Assembly (NCBI GenBank): GCA_030584065.1
Contig: CP129489.1
Span: 580,640-644,639 of the forward strand
Direction: 5' to 3'
DNA length: 64,000 nt
DNA from: Flavobacteriales bacterium
Lineage (GTDB): Bacteria > Bacteroidota > Bacteroidia > Flavobacteriales_F > PHOS-HE28
Shown here one piece after another: positions 36,956-46,622 of the stretch; position 1 is the stretch's first letter; every line of letters starts with the position of its first letter. The translations under genes were made by a program, and so were the position numbers. The notes under the pieces were generated by a model, which worked only from the letters and a program-made list of their open reading frames with translations, was not told the origin of the DNA and searched no databases.

Positions 36956-39900
36956 ATGGAACGCACGCTTACCTACCCGAAAGGCTCGATTCAGGCTCCG
37001 GAAACCCATTGCCGGCCCACGCATCGGCGGCTGCGGCCGCTCCTAGTGGGCCTGGCCTTCCTGCTGGCTGCAGCCGGAGCACAGGCGCAGGACGTCGTGG
37101 ATAGGTTCAACCGGGCCAATAGCAACACCGTTGGCGGAGGGTGGACCGAGACGGAGACCGGCGCGGCCGGGGCTTCCATCAACGGCAACCGGCTGAGGCT
37201 GCAGCGAACGGGTTCGGGCAACAACCGCCAGTACGTAACGCAGACCACGCCGGGCAGCTACAGCACCACGCTCAACCAGAACAACTGCACCCTCACCTGG
37301 GCCTTCAGCTTCCGGCAGAGTGAAAGCGAGGGTGAACTGAGCGGCTTCGATCCCGGGGAGGACGGCATGGCCGTGGTGCTCGCGGGGTCCAATGCCAACC
37401 TCACCTTGGGCCAGGGCTATGCCGTGGTGCTCGGTGAAGGCGATGATTCGGACGCCCTTCGCCTGGTGCGCTACAACGGCGGCCTGGATCTCGATAACAA
37501 CCTCGCCACCATCATCCAGGCCGGCAACTTCGATAACGACTACCTTGATGTGCGCGTGACCTATGTGCCGTCGACCAACACGTGGAGCCTCTTCTACCGC
37601 GACAACGGCAATACGCAGTTCGGTGACCCGCTCACAGCCGCCACCTCGGCCGGTTCCGCGGTAGACGCCACCTACACCGGCACAAGCCTGCCCGTGATCG
37701 GCTGCCTCTGGAACCATGACGGCGATTTCGGGGAGAGCGCCGTTTTTGACGATTTCCACGTGCCGGGCGGCTCCCCTACGGTGCCATCGATTACACCGCC
37801 CAGTGCGAGCATCTGCAATGGAGGTAACGTGGACCTGACGGCTTCGGCCTCGAGCACCAGCACCGCGCGCGTCACCTTTACCAGCACGGGGGGGCCAAGC
37901 ACCGTGGGAGCGAGTGGCGCCAACGACGGCAGTGTCTACCCCTGGGCCGTGAGCGTGAGCGGCTTGCCGGCCAGCGGCGTAACCGTGGAAAGCGTGACCC
38001 TGAACGGTGTGACGCATACCTACCCTGACGACCTGGACATCCTGCTGCAATCCGCCACGGGCACGAACGTGATCCTAATGAGCGATGTCGGCGGAGGAAC
38101 GAATATCACCGGGGTGAACGTGGTGCTCATGGACGGCGAGCCGGCGCTGCCCGATGCGTCGTCCATCGCTTCCGGTGTATACGCGCCGACCAATATCGGC
38201 ACCCCTGACACGTGGCCGAGCGCACCGGGCCCTGGCTCGTTCAACCAGTCCAACCCTACACTCTCGCTGTTCACCGGCAATTTCAATGGCACGTGGAACC
38301 TGCTGATCCGCGATGATGCCAACGGCGACGGCGGCTCCGTGGGCAGCTGGAGCATCACCTTCACCTACACGCCGCAAGCCACGTTCACGTGGAGCCCGGC
38401 CACCGGACTCAGCGGGACCAGCGGAGCCACAGTCACGGCTTCTCCCACCAGCACGCAGACCTACACGGTGACCGCGGCTCACGCGGCCAACGGCTGCACG
38501 AGCTCGAACACGGTGGAGGTGACGGTGACGCAACAGCCCACCGTGGCCAATGCCGGCGCCGACATGGATGCTTGCCTGCACGAAAGCACTGCGACGATGG
38601 CCGCCAACACGCCCACATCCGGTTCCGGCGCATGGACGCAGGTGAGCGGTCCGGTGTCCGCCAGCTTCGCCGATGCGGCGTCCCCTTCCACGGCCATCAG
38701 CGGGCTCACCGCCCCCGGGGCCTACGTGTTCCGTTGGACCATCACCAACGCACCGTGTACGGAGAGCTTCGATGAGGTGACGGTGAACGTGGCGATCTGC
38801 ACCTACTACAGCCGTTCATCGGGCGCTGTCACGGATGCGATCTGGAGCCTCACCCCCAGCGGTGCGGCAGGTCCGGCCACCTTCTCTTCCATCACGGGCA
38901 TGGTGGTGCAGGCCGGCCACACGGTGAATGCCGCGGCCGATGCCGATGTGCATGACCTCACCGTGGCGAACGGCGGCACACTCATCCTCAACGGCGGCGC
39001 CACGCTCACCGTGAACGGTGCAGCGGCGACCTTCAACGGAACGCTCACTGCGCAGGACAACAGCGAGCTGGCATTCGCCGGCAGCGGCGCCAAGACACTC
39101 ACGCTGGCATCCTCCACGAGCTTCTGGGACCTGACGGTGGATGCGCCCGATGGACTGGACGTGAATGGCACCGTGGAGATGCGCGGCACCCTGCTGCTGG
39201 AGGATGGCGCCTTCGATTGCACGGGCAATCCGGTGATCATGCGCAGCACCGCCTCTTACACCGGTCGCCTGGGGCCCGTGGGCGGCACAGCGAGCTATAC
39301 CGGACACATGCGCATGGAGCGGTACATCCCCGCAGGGGCCACGAACTGGCGCCTGCTCGGCAGCCCCATCCAGAGCCGCCGTGTGAACCACTGGATCGAC
39401 GATTTCTACACCGCCGGCTTCCCCGGTTCGCACTTCCCCGGCTTCACGCAGAACGGCAACCCCTGGCCCAGCATCCGCTGGTACGATGAGACCAACACGG
39501 GTGCCAGCGTCAACAACGGAATGACCGGCGTGAGCAGCAACACGCAGCTCCTCACTCCCGGGCAGGGCTTCGCAGCCTGGTGCGGCGACAACCTGATCAG
39601 CACAGCGGCCTTCACCATCGACCTCGAGAATCAGTCGCCGGTGATCGCGAGCACGCCCATCACGCTGCCGATGACCTACACCAATACGGGCAACCCGGCC
39701 GTGGATGGCTGGAACCTGGTGGCCAACCCGTTGCCCAGCCCCATCGCCTTCGACCAGATCGCCCGCGGCGCCGATGTCGCTGACTACGTCACCTTCTTCA
39801 ACCCGGCAGCGGGCAACATGGCCACGTGGGACATCGACCTGAACGCCGGCACCAACGGCGGCACCAACACCATCCAGAGCATGCAGGGCTTCTACCTCAA

Positions 39901-41392
39901 GGCCGAGGGCCCCGCCGTAACCACCACGGTGGAGGAGGCCGACAAGGTGGCCGATAACGCCGGCGGCTTCTTCGGCGGCAGCGAGGAGACCCCCGCCTTG
40001 GTCCGCTTGCGCATCACCAGCGGCATCAACAGCTTCAGCGACGAAACGCTGCTGCTCTTCACGCAAGGCACGCATGAAATGGATGCGCAGGATGTGCCCA
40101 AGTACGTCTTCGGTCACCCGCAGGCCCCCCAGGTGGCCACATTGACCTCCACCGGCACCCCGCTCGCCATCAACGCCTTCGGCCCCTTCAGCAGCGCTGT
40201 CGAGGTTCCCGTGGCGGTGCAGGCCGGGGCGGCGGGCACATACACCATCACCGTTACCGGGGTGGAGACCGTGGGCCTGAGCTGCCTGCGCCTGCACGAT
40301 CTGGTCACCGGAACCACCATCCCCCTCGCCGAGGGCAGCACCTACACGCTCGAGCTACCGGCCGGTGAGGCCATGTCCACCCCGCGCCTGCTGCTCATGG
40401 CCACGGCTCCGCTGGAGGTGGCTGCCACCGATGCGGCCTGCCATGGCCAGTCCTCCGGCTCGGCCCAGGTAGTGATCGCCGATGGCGCCGCCGATGTGAT
40501 CTGGTACAATGACCAGGGCCAGCCCATCGCCACGCAGACCGCCGTCACCGGTACCGTGGCCTTGGAGGGCCTGGCCATGGGCGACTATGAGCTCACCGTG
40601 AATGGTTACCAAGGCTGCAGCGAACTCCGTACGGCCTTCCGCATCGAGCAGCCCGAAGCCCTTGCGGTGCAGACCGAAGGCATCGCGGCCAGCTGCCCCG
40701 GCGCTAGCGACGGCTTCGCCGAGGCCTTCGCCATGGGCGGCACGGCACCCTATGCCTACCTGTGGAGCAATGGCAGCACGGACGCTTCCATGCCGGCCGG
40801 CCCTGGCCTCTACACCGTGCAAGTGACCGATGCGGCGGGCTGCTCTACGCCTGTGGAACAGGTGGTGGTGGGCGCAGGCGAGGCCCCGGTGGCCATTGCG
40901 ATGGCCGATGCCGAGGTGGTGCCCGTGGGCGCTCCGGTGGCCTTCGTCAGCGCCGGCACCGATGCCACCAGCCATGCCTGGGATTTCGGTGACGGCAGCA
41001 CCAGCACCGAGGAAGCCCCCGTGCACAGCTTCGCCGCCCCCGGCACCTATGCTGTAACCCTCACCGTGAGCAACGGCACCTGCTCCAGCACGGCGGTCGT
41101 CACCGTCACCGTGGAGCTCAGTACAGGCATCAGCGGCCCCGATTCGGCCGCCGACCGCCTCAGCGCCTGGTTCGACGGTGACCGCATCGTGGTGGAGCAC
41201 GGGTTCACCGACGCTTACCCGCTGCAACTGGAGGTGATCAACGAGGCTGGCCAGACCTGGATGCAGCACCGCGTGGCCGGACCCGCCGGTCGCATGACCC
41301 TGCCCGGCAACGACCTGGCCAGCGGTGTGTGGTTCATCCGCGTCAGCAGCGACGAGGTGCGCCGGACCATCCCGCTGGTGATCGTGCGCTGA
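36956..41392 (+). CDS. Giant T9SS-secreted surface protein 1 (about 1478 aa): proprotein-convertase P-domain, Ig/HYR-like region, SprB repeats, PKD domain, T9SS C-terminal sorting domain
   Basis: Signal peptide (RRLRPLLVGLAFLLAAAGAQAQD). P-domain (VTLNGVTHTYPDDLDILLQSATGTNVILMSDVGG...GTWNLLIRDDANGDGGSVGSWSITF). SprB-type repeats (CPGASDGFAEAFAMGGTAPYAYLWSNGS). PKD (WDFGDGSTSTEEAPVHSFAAPGTYAVTLTVSNG). CTD ...GVWFIRVSSDEVRRTIPLVIVR. Confidence 0.8.
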   Translation: MERTLTYPKGSIQAPETHCRPTHRRLRPLLVGLAFLLAAAGAQAQDVVDRFNRANSNTVGGGWTETETGAAGASINGNRLRLQRTGSGNNRQYVTQTTPGSYSTTLNQNNCTLTWAFSFRQSESEGELSGFDPGEDGMAVVLAGSNANLTLGQGYAVVLGEGDDSDALRLVRYNGGLDLDNNLATIIQAGNFDNDYLDVRVTYVPSTNTWSLFYRDNGNTQFGDPLTAATSAGSAVDATYTGTSLPVIGCLWNHDGDFGESAVFDDFHVPGGSPTVPSITPPSASICNGGNVDLTASASSTSTARVTFTSTGGPSTVGASGANDGSVYPWAVSVSGLPASGVTVESVTLNGVTHTYPDDLDILLQSATGTNVILMSDVGGGTNITGVNVVLMDGEPALPDASSIASGVYAPTNIGTPDTWPSAPGPGSFNQSNPTLSLFTGNFNGTWNLLIRDDANGDGGSVGSWSITFTYTPQATFTWSPATGLSGTSGATVTASPTSTQTYTVTAAHAANGCTSSNTVEVTVTQQPTVANAGADMDACLHESTATMAANTPTSGSGAWTQVSGPVSASFADAASPSTAISGLTAPGAYVFRWTITNAPCTESFDEVTVNVAICTYYSRSSGAVTDAIWSLTPSGAAGPATFSSITGMVVQAGHTVNAAADADVHDLTVANGGTLILNGGATLTVNGAAATFNGTLTAQDNSELAFAGSGAKTLTLASSTSFWDLTVDAPDGLDVNGTVEMRGTLLLEDGAFDCTGNPVIMRSTASYTGRLGPVGGTASYTGHMRMERYIPAGATNWRLLGSPIQSRRVNHWIDDFYTAGFPGSHFPGFTQNGNPWPSIRWYDETNTGASVNNGMTGVSSNTQLLTPGQGFAAWCGDNLISTAAFTIDLENQSPVIASTPITLPMTYTNTGNPAVDGWNLVANPLPSPIAFDQIARGADVADYVTFFNPAAGNMATWDIDLNAGTNGGTNTIQSMQGFYLKAEGPAVTTTVEEADKVADNAGGFFGGSEETPALVRLRITSGINSFSDETLLLFTQGTHEMDAQDVPKYVFGHPQAPQVATLTSTGTPLAINAFGPFSSAVEVPVAVQAGAAGTYTITVTGVETVGLSCLRLHDLVTGTTIPLAEGSTYTLELPAGEAMSTPRLLLMATAPLEVAATDAACHGQSSGSAQVVIADGAADVIWYNDQGQPIATQTAVTGTVALEGLAMGDYELTVNGYQGCSELRTAFRIEQPEALAVQTEGIAASCPGASDGFAEAFAMGGTAPYAYLWSNGSTDASMPAGPGLYTVQVTDAAGCSTPVEQVVVGAGEAPVAIAMADAEVVPVGAPVAFVSAGTDATSHAWDFGDGSTSTEEAPVHSFAAPGTYAVTLTVSNGTCSSTAVVTVTVELSTGISGPDSAADRLSAWFDGDRIVVEHGFTDAYPLQLEVINEAGQTWMQHRVAGPAGRMTLPGNDLASGVWFIRVSSDEVRRTIPLVIVR
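39296..39990. repeat. Near-identical DNA tract shared with 43886-44580 (core of the paralogous module)
   Basis: Long runs identical by eye, e.g. GAGCGGTACATCCCCGC.GGGGCCACGAA.TGGCGCCTGCT.GGCAGCCCCATCCAGA..CGCCG.GTGAACCAC and GTGGATGGCTGGAACCTGGTGGCCAA.CCG.TGCCCAGCCCCATCGCCTTCGACCAGATCGC. Estimated about 85-90% identity over about 0.7 kb. Confidence 0.6.
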
Positions 41393-41410
41393 CCCCGATC
41401 CGAAACTGAG

Positions 41411-41454
41411 CGGCGGCCCCCATCCGATTCCGGATGGGGGCCGCCGCCTTTTCA
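41411..41454 (+). terminator. Strong rho-independent terminator after giant protein 1
   Basis: Perfect 15-bp stem GCGGCGGCCCCCATCCG-ATT-CGGATGGGGGCCGCCGC followed by CTTTTCAT. Confidence 0.6.
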
Positions 41455-41580
41455 TGGCCTCCCTGGGATAGTGCCCCAGTTATCAACAGGGCGATGTGCG
41501 CAGTGTGGTCGAACGGTTACCTTGGCGCGCCTGAAATGAATCCCCCCGCCGGCTGCCCTGCCGGTACCAAAACCCGTGAT

Positions 41581-44500
41581 ATGAGGAAGCCCATTACGCT
41601 CAGGAAGACACTAGCGGTATTGACCGGCATACTGTTCGTTTCGTCAGCGTCTCAGGCACAGATTGTAGCATGGGAATGCAATGGCTTGAATGGAAACGAG
41701 GCCACGGTGAATGCCACCACGCTGAATGCGAACCTGAACACCTCCACGCTGTCGCGCGGGTCTGGCATCAATGGAAGCTCGCTGGCGGATGCATTCAGTG
41801 CAACCGCGTGGGATAATGCCACCCTCGCGGGTGCGATTACCAACTCTGAGTACCTGCAGTTCACCATCGGTGCCCAAGCGGGCTATCAGGTCTCCTTGTC
41901 CACGCTTGACGCGAACTTCCGCCGTTCCAGTACGGGTCCCAATGCATTCCAATGGCAATACAGCCTGGATGGCTTCAGCACGGCGGGAACGAACATCGGA
42001 GCCGCTATCAGCTATACCACGAACCCCACCAACGGCAATGCCCAGGCCCAGATCGATCTGACAGGCATCAGTGCCTTGCAGAACGTCGCCTCCGGGACCA
42101 CCATAACGATTCGGCTTTACGGCTGGGGCGCATCTGCAGGGACCGGCACCTTCGCTATAGGACGGCTCACGGGCAATGACCTCGCTATTGGTGGAACCGT
42201 GACGCCCGCAGCCACGAACACATCCGTCTTCTTCGGCGGTTCCAACCTTACGGTGAACGAGGGTGATGGCACCGCCAACCTCACGGTGAGCATTGCCGAT
42301 TTCAGCACCACCAATGCCACTAGCGTGGATGTGGTGCTAAGCTCCGGCAATGCCGCACGGGTGAACGGCTTCAGCAGCCAGACCGTGAACTGGGCCGCGA
42401 ACGATGGATCCAGCAAGACCGTGACCCTGACTTTGACGGATGACCTGCTCTGCAACGGCACCGATGCGCTCACGTTCGGCCTGGCCAACCTCAGCGGAGG
42501 TCAAGGGGTCCCTTTCGTGGGTACTCCGAGCAGCCGCACGGTAACTGTGAACGATAATGAGTCGCTCGTGGATCCCGTGGCCACCGCAGCCACGTCCATC
42601 ACCACCAGCGGCTTCGATGCGAATTGGGACGACATCGGGGCAACCACCTACTTCCTGGACATCAGCCGCTACAGCGATTTCCTGGACCCCACACCGGTGA
42701 CCGTGGCCGCTTGGGACTTCCCCAATAACCCGGACAACAACGTGGCCGATGGCGGCATCGGCGCCAACAGCGCAGCCACCCTCACCACCGTGGGGGGCAC
42801 GGGCAGTATCACGTACGTGCCCATTGCCTCCAGTGCCACCAGCGCCGCCACCGGCTCCGGCTGGAACTCGGGCAGCGGCGCCAAGTATTGGGTGGCCGAG
42901 ATCAGCACCGCGGGCCATTTCAACCTGACGCTCTCCAGCGCGCAGCGCTCCTCGAACACCGGGCCGCGCGACTGGCAGGTGGAGTACCGCATCGGCACTG
43001 GCGGTGCCTGGACGCTGGTACCTGGCTCGAGCGTGACCGTGCAGAACAACTGGACCAGCGGTGTGCTCACCAACGTGGCCTTGCCGGGCGCGTGCAGCGA
43101 TCAGCCGCAACTGTTCCTGCGCTGGATCATGACGAGCAACACGGACACGCAGGGCAATACGGTGGCGGCGGGCGGCACCAGCGCGATCGACAACATCGCC
43201 ATCGCCGGGCGGCCGGAGAGCTACGTGGCCGGTTATGAGGGCTTCAACGCGGGAAGCGCGACATCCGAGAGCGTCACGGGTCTCAGCCCAGTGACGACAT
43301 ACCACTACCGCATCCGCGCGACCGGTGGATGCGCCTCAGCCAACCTGAGCAACCAGATCAGCGTAACCACCTCCGCTGTCCCGGTCTACTACAGCCGCTC
43401 CACCGGCAGCGTGAACGATCCCATCTGGAGCGATACCCCCACCGGCGCCGCAGGCCCGGCGGTGTGGACCAACGCCAGCGAGATGGTGGTGCAGAGCGGA
43501 GATGCGGTGACCGTGGATGCCAATACCACCATCAAGTCGCTCACCGTGCAGAGCGGCGCCACCCTGAACATCGATGCCAACCGCTTCCTGAAGGCCACCA
43601 CGGGCGCGAACGCCATCCAAGGCACGCTGAACGCGGCGGACAACAGCGAGTTCCAGGTCACCGAGGGCTCCAGCGCCACCTTGGCGCTCGGCGGCACGGC
43701 CAGCTTCTGGGATTTCCGTGCGGGCATGACCGGCGGCGTAACGGTCACCGGCACCATGGAGATCCGCGGCACGCTGCAGATCGACGATGGCGACTTCGAT
43801 TGCACCGGCGCAACCGTGACGCTGCGCAGCACCGCCACCTCCACCGGCCGCCTGGGCGAGATGAGCGCAGGCGCCAGCTACACCGGCAACCTCAATATCG
43901 AGCGGTACATCCCCGCTGGGGCCACGAATTGGCGCCTGCTGGGCAGCCCCATCCAGAACCGCCGGGTGAACCACTTCATCGATGACTTCTACACCGCCGG
44001 CTTCCCCGGGTCGCACTTCCCCGGCTTCACGGTGAACGGGAACCCCTGGCCCAGCATCCGGTGGTACGACGAGACCGATACCGGAGCAGGCCAGAACGAT
44101 GGACTTCAGGGCGTGAGCAGCAACACGCAGCTGCTGACCCCCGGCCAGGGCTTCGCGGCCTGGTGCGGCGACAACCTGCAGACCACCGCGGCCTTCGTGA
44201 TCGACCTGGGCAACAACGCGCCCGTGGTGGCCACCACGCCGGTGAGCCTGCCGGTGAGTTGGACCGACACCGGATCGCCTGCCGTGGATGGCTGGAACCT
44301 GGTGGCCAATCCGCTGCCCAGCCCCATCGCCTTCGACCAGATCGCGCGGGGCGCCGATGTGGCGGACTACGTAACCTACTACGACCCCGCCTCGGGCAAC
44401 ACAGCCGTTTGGGACATCGACCTAGCGCAGGGCACGAATGGTGGCACGAACACCATCCAGAGCATGCAGGGCTTCTTCCTGAAGGCCAATGGACCAGCGG

Positions 44501-45960
44501 TGGCCACCACGGTGAGCGAGAGTGCCAAGGTGGCTTCGAACGATGGCGGCTTTTTCGGCGGCAGCGGTGGCAGCGCCGCTCCGGGCCTGCGACTGCGCAT
44601 CAGCAGCGGCATGAATGCCTACTTCGACGAGGCCTTGGTGGTTTTCCACCAGGGCAGCCCGGGATTGGATGCCGACGATGCGGAGAAGTTCGTTTTCGCC
44701 GACCCCACGGCCCCGCAGATCGCCACGCTGACTGCGGATGACCGCGCACTGGCCATCAATGCCCATGGTGGCATGGAGGCGGGCTTCAGCATCCCCGTGA
44801 GCGTGGATGCCGGCGTGTCGGGCACCTATGTCATTTCGCTGCAGCAACTGAGCGACCTGGGGCTGACCTGCATCACCTTGGAGGACCTGGCGACCGGCAC
44901 GGTGACGCCCCTACCGCACGGCGCACAGTATGCCTTCGAGATGGAGGCCACCGATCCGAACACACAGGCTCGCTTCATCCTGCATGCCACGGCACCGCTG
45001 CCCCTCTACGTGGAGGATGCCCTCTGCGGAGCCGATCCCAACGGCCAGGCCACCGTGGTTGTGAACGGCGGGCCCGTGGATGTCACTTGGACGGATGACC
45101 TCGGCAATGCCCTGCTGACGCAGACGGGCGTGGAGGGCGTGGCGGCCTTCACCGGCCTCGATGCCGGCGGCTACCGGGTGCGCGTGACGGGCGGCGCCTG
45201 CGGGGAGCTGGAGCAGACCTTCGCCATCAATGCACCCTTCGTGCTGGAGGGCATCGGCGACGCCTATCCCGCCTCATGCAGTGATGCGGCCGATGGCAGT
45301 GTGGACCTGATGATCCTTGGCGGGGTGGCGCCCTACGATGTGCTGTGGTCCGACGGCTCCGCCGATCCGCTCCTCATCGCAGCGCCCGGCAGCTACACGG
45401 TGACGGTTACCGATGCCAATGCCTGCTCCTGGACCGCTGCGTATATCATCGCCAGCGCCGGTCCCGACCCGGCATTCACCATGGAGAGCGCCACGGTCAC
45501 GGTCGGAACGCCGGTGCAGTTCACGAGCACGCTGGCCGAGGGCAGCCACTACTGGTCGTTCGGCGACGGCGCTAGCAGCGATGAGGCATCGCCGGTGCAT
45601 GCCTGGAGCCTGCCCGGGACCTACACGGTGACGCATGCCGTGGAGAATGGCGGCTGCCTGGAGTCAACCAGCACCGAGGTGACCGTGGAACTGAGCACCG
45701 GAGTGGCGGGCCGCACCACGGCGGAGGCGCGCGCCTGGCATGATGGCGCCCATGTGGTGGTGGTGCATGCCTTCGCCGGAGGCGAGGCCGTTCGCATCGA
45801 ATTGATCGATGCCACCGGCCGCGTGGCTTTGCAGCGCAGCGTGGCTGCACAGACCGGTCGCGTGCTGATGGATGCTGCCGCTCTTGCGCCTGGCGTGTGG
45901 TTCGTGCGTCTGCAGCAAGGCAGCGAACAGGCCACCTTGCGCGTACCGGTGGTGCGCTGA
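41581..45960 (+). CDS. Giant T9SS-secreted surface protein 2 (about 1459 aa), paralog of protein 1: Calx-beta-like and FN3 regions, shared unknown module, SprB repeats, PKD domain, T9SS CTD
   Basis: Signal MRKPITLRKTLAVLTGILFVSSASQAQ. Calx-beta-like (TVNEGDGTANLTVSIAD...). SprB repeat (CSDAADGSVDLMILGGVAPYDVLWSDGS). PKD (WSFGDGASSDEASPVHAWSLPGTYTVTHAVENG). CTD ...GVWFVRLQQGSEQATLRVPVVR. C-terminal roughly 900 aa are collinear with protein 1. Confidence 0.8.
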   Translation: MRKPITLRKTLAVLTGILFVSSASQAQIVAWECNGLNGNEATVNATTLNANLNTSTLSRGSGINGSSLADAFSATAWDNATLAGAITNSEYLQFTIGAQAGYQVSLSTLDANFRRSSTGPNAFQWQYSLDGFSTAGTNIGAAISYTTNPTNGNAQAQIDLTGISALQNVASGTTITIRLYGWGASAGTGTFAIGRLTGNDLAIGGTVTPAATNTSVFFGGSNLTVNEGDGTANLTVSIADFSTTNATSVDVVLSSGNAARVNGFSSQTVNWAANDGSSKTVTLTLTDDLLCNGTDALTFGLANLSGGQGVPFVGTPSSRTVTVNDNESLVDPVATAATSITTSGFDANWDDIGATTYFLDISRYSDFLDPTPVTVAAWDFPNNPDNNVADGGIGANSAATLTTVGGTGSITYVPIASSATSAATGSGWNSGSGAKYWVAEISTAGHFNLTLSSAQRSSNTGPRDWQVEYRIGTGGAWTLVPGSSVTVQNNWTSGVLTNVALPGACSDQPQLFLRWIMTSNTDTQGNTVAAGGTSAIDNIAIAGRPESYVAGYEGFNAGSATSESVTGLSPVTTYHYRIRATGGCASANLSNQISVTTSAVPVYYSRSTGSVNDPIWSDTPTGAAGPAVWTNASEMVVQSGDAVTVDANTTIKSLTVQSGATLNIDANRFLKATTGANAIQGTLNAADNSEFQVTEGSSATLALGGTASFWDFRAGMTGGVTVTGTMEIRGTLQIDDGDFDCTGATVTLRSTATSTGRLGEMSAGASYTGNLNIERYIPAGATNWRLLGSPIQNRRVNHFIDDFYTAGFPGSHFPGFTVNGNPWPSIRWYDETDTGAGQNDGLQGVSSNTQLLTPGQGFAAWCGDNLQTTAAFVIDLGNNAPVVATTPVSLPVSWTDTGSPAVDGWNLVANPLPSPIAFDQIARGADVADYVTYYDPASGNTAVWDIDLAQGTNGGTNTIQSMQGFFLKANGPAVATTVSESAKVASNDGGFFGGSGGSAAPGLRLRISSGMNAYFDEALVVFHQGSPGLDADDAEKFVFADPTAPQIATLTADDRALAINAHGGMEAGFSIPVSVDAGVSGTYVISLQQLSDLGLTCITLEDLATGTVTPLPHGAQYAFEMEATDPNTQARFILHATAPLPLYVEDALCGADPNGQATVVVNGGPVDVTWTDDLGNALLTQTGVEGVAAFTGLDAGGYRVRVTGGACGELEQTFAINAPFVLEGIGDAYPASCSDAADGSVDLMILGGVAPYDVLWSDGSADPLLIAAPGSYTVTVTDANACSWTAAYIIASAGPDPAFTMESATVTVGTPVQFTSTLAEGSHYWSFGDGASSDEASPVHAWSLPGTYTVTHAVENGGCLESTSTEVTVELSTGVAGRTTAEARAWHDGAHVVVVHAFAGGEAVRIELIDATGRVALQRSVAAQTGRVLMDAAALAPGVWFVRLQQGSEQATLRVPVVR
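43886..44580. repeat. Second copy of the near-identical tract (see 39296-39990)
   Basis: As above. Confidence 0.6.
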
Positions 45961-45978
45961 TCGCTGGCGAATGCCATG

Positions 45979-46009
45979 GCGAGGCCCCTCCCGCAAGGAG
46001 GGGCCTCGT
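45979..46009 (+). terminator. Terminator-like hairpin after giant protein 2
   Basis: GAGGCCCCTCC-CGCAA-GGAGGGGCCTC, perfect 11-bp stem. Weak T tract. Confidence 0.4.
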
Positions 46010-46048
46010 CGTTGAAGGCCCCGGCTTACATTCGACCCGCCTCCCCCC

Positions 46049-46528
46049 ATGGAACACCTGCTGGAGACCGCCATCCGCCTTGCGGCCAAGGTGCACAAGG
46101 GCCAGACCGATCGGTTCGGCAAGCCGTACATCCTGCATGTGATGCGCGTGATGATGCGCGGGCACGACTTCGATGAGCAGGTGCTGGGTGCGCTGCATGA
46201 CGTGCTGGAGCGCTCTGACCTGACATTGGCCGACATCGAGCGCAAGGGCTTCTCGCCGCGCGTGCTCAAGGCGCTGCAGCACATCACGCGCGTGCCGGAC
46301 GAGACCTACGAGCAGTACATCGACCGCGTGGTGGAGGACAACCTCGCCATTCGCGTGAAGCTCCACGACCTGGCCGACAAGATGGACCTGCTGCACGTGG
46401 AGCAGCTCGACCCCAGCGACCTGAAGCGGTACAACAAGCAGCTGGCGGCCTATCACCGGATGAAGAAGCTGGTGGAGCAGGCCAAGGCGCGCATGAGCTT
46501 GCCCGTGGAGGGCCGGCGTGCCGGTTAG
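46049..46528 (+). CDS. HD-domain protein, small alarmone hydrolase-like (Mesh1/SpoT-hydrolase family)
   Basis: HD_4-like motifs (KPYILHVMRV, LGALHDVLE) in a 159-aa stand-alone protein. Confidence 0.6.
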   Translation: MEHLLETAIRLAAKVHKGQTDRFGKPYILHVMRVMMRGHDFDEQVLGALHDVLERSDLTLADIERKGFSPRVLKALQHITRVPDETYEQYIDRVVEDNLAIRVKLHDLADKMDLLHVEQLDPSDLKRYNKQLAAYHRMKKLVEQAKARMSLPVEGRRAG

Positions 46529-46622
46529 GGCGCCCGGCAGCGTGCCAAGGGTGTCCGTCGAACGATCCCGCCCCGGGCGGAGGCACTCGCTAATTTGGGC
46601 GGTGACGCCCCATCCATCGCAC

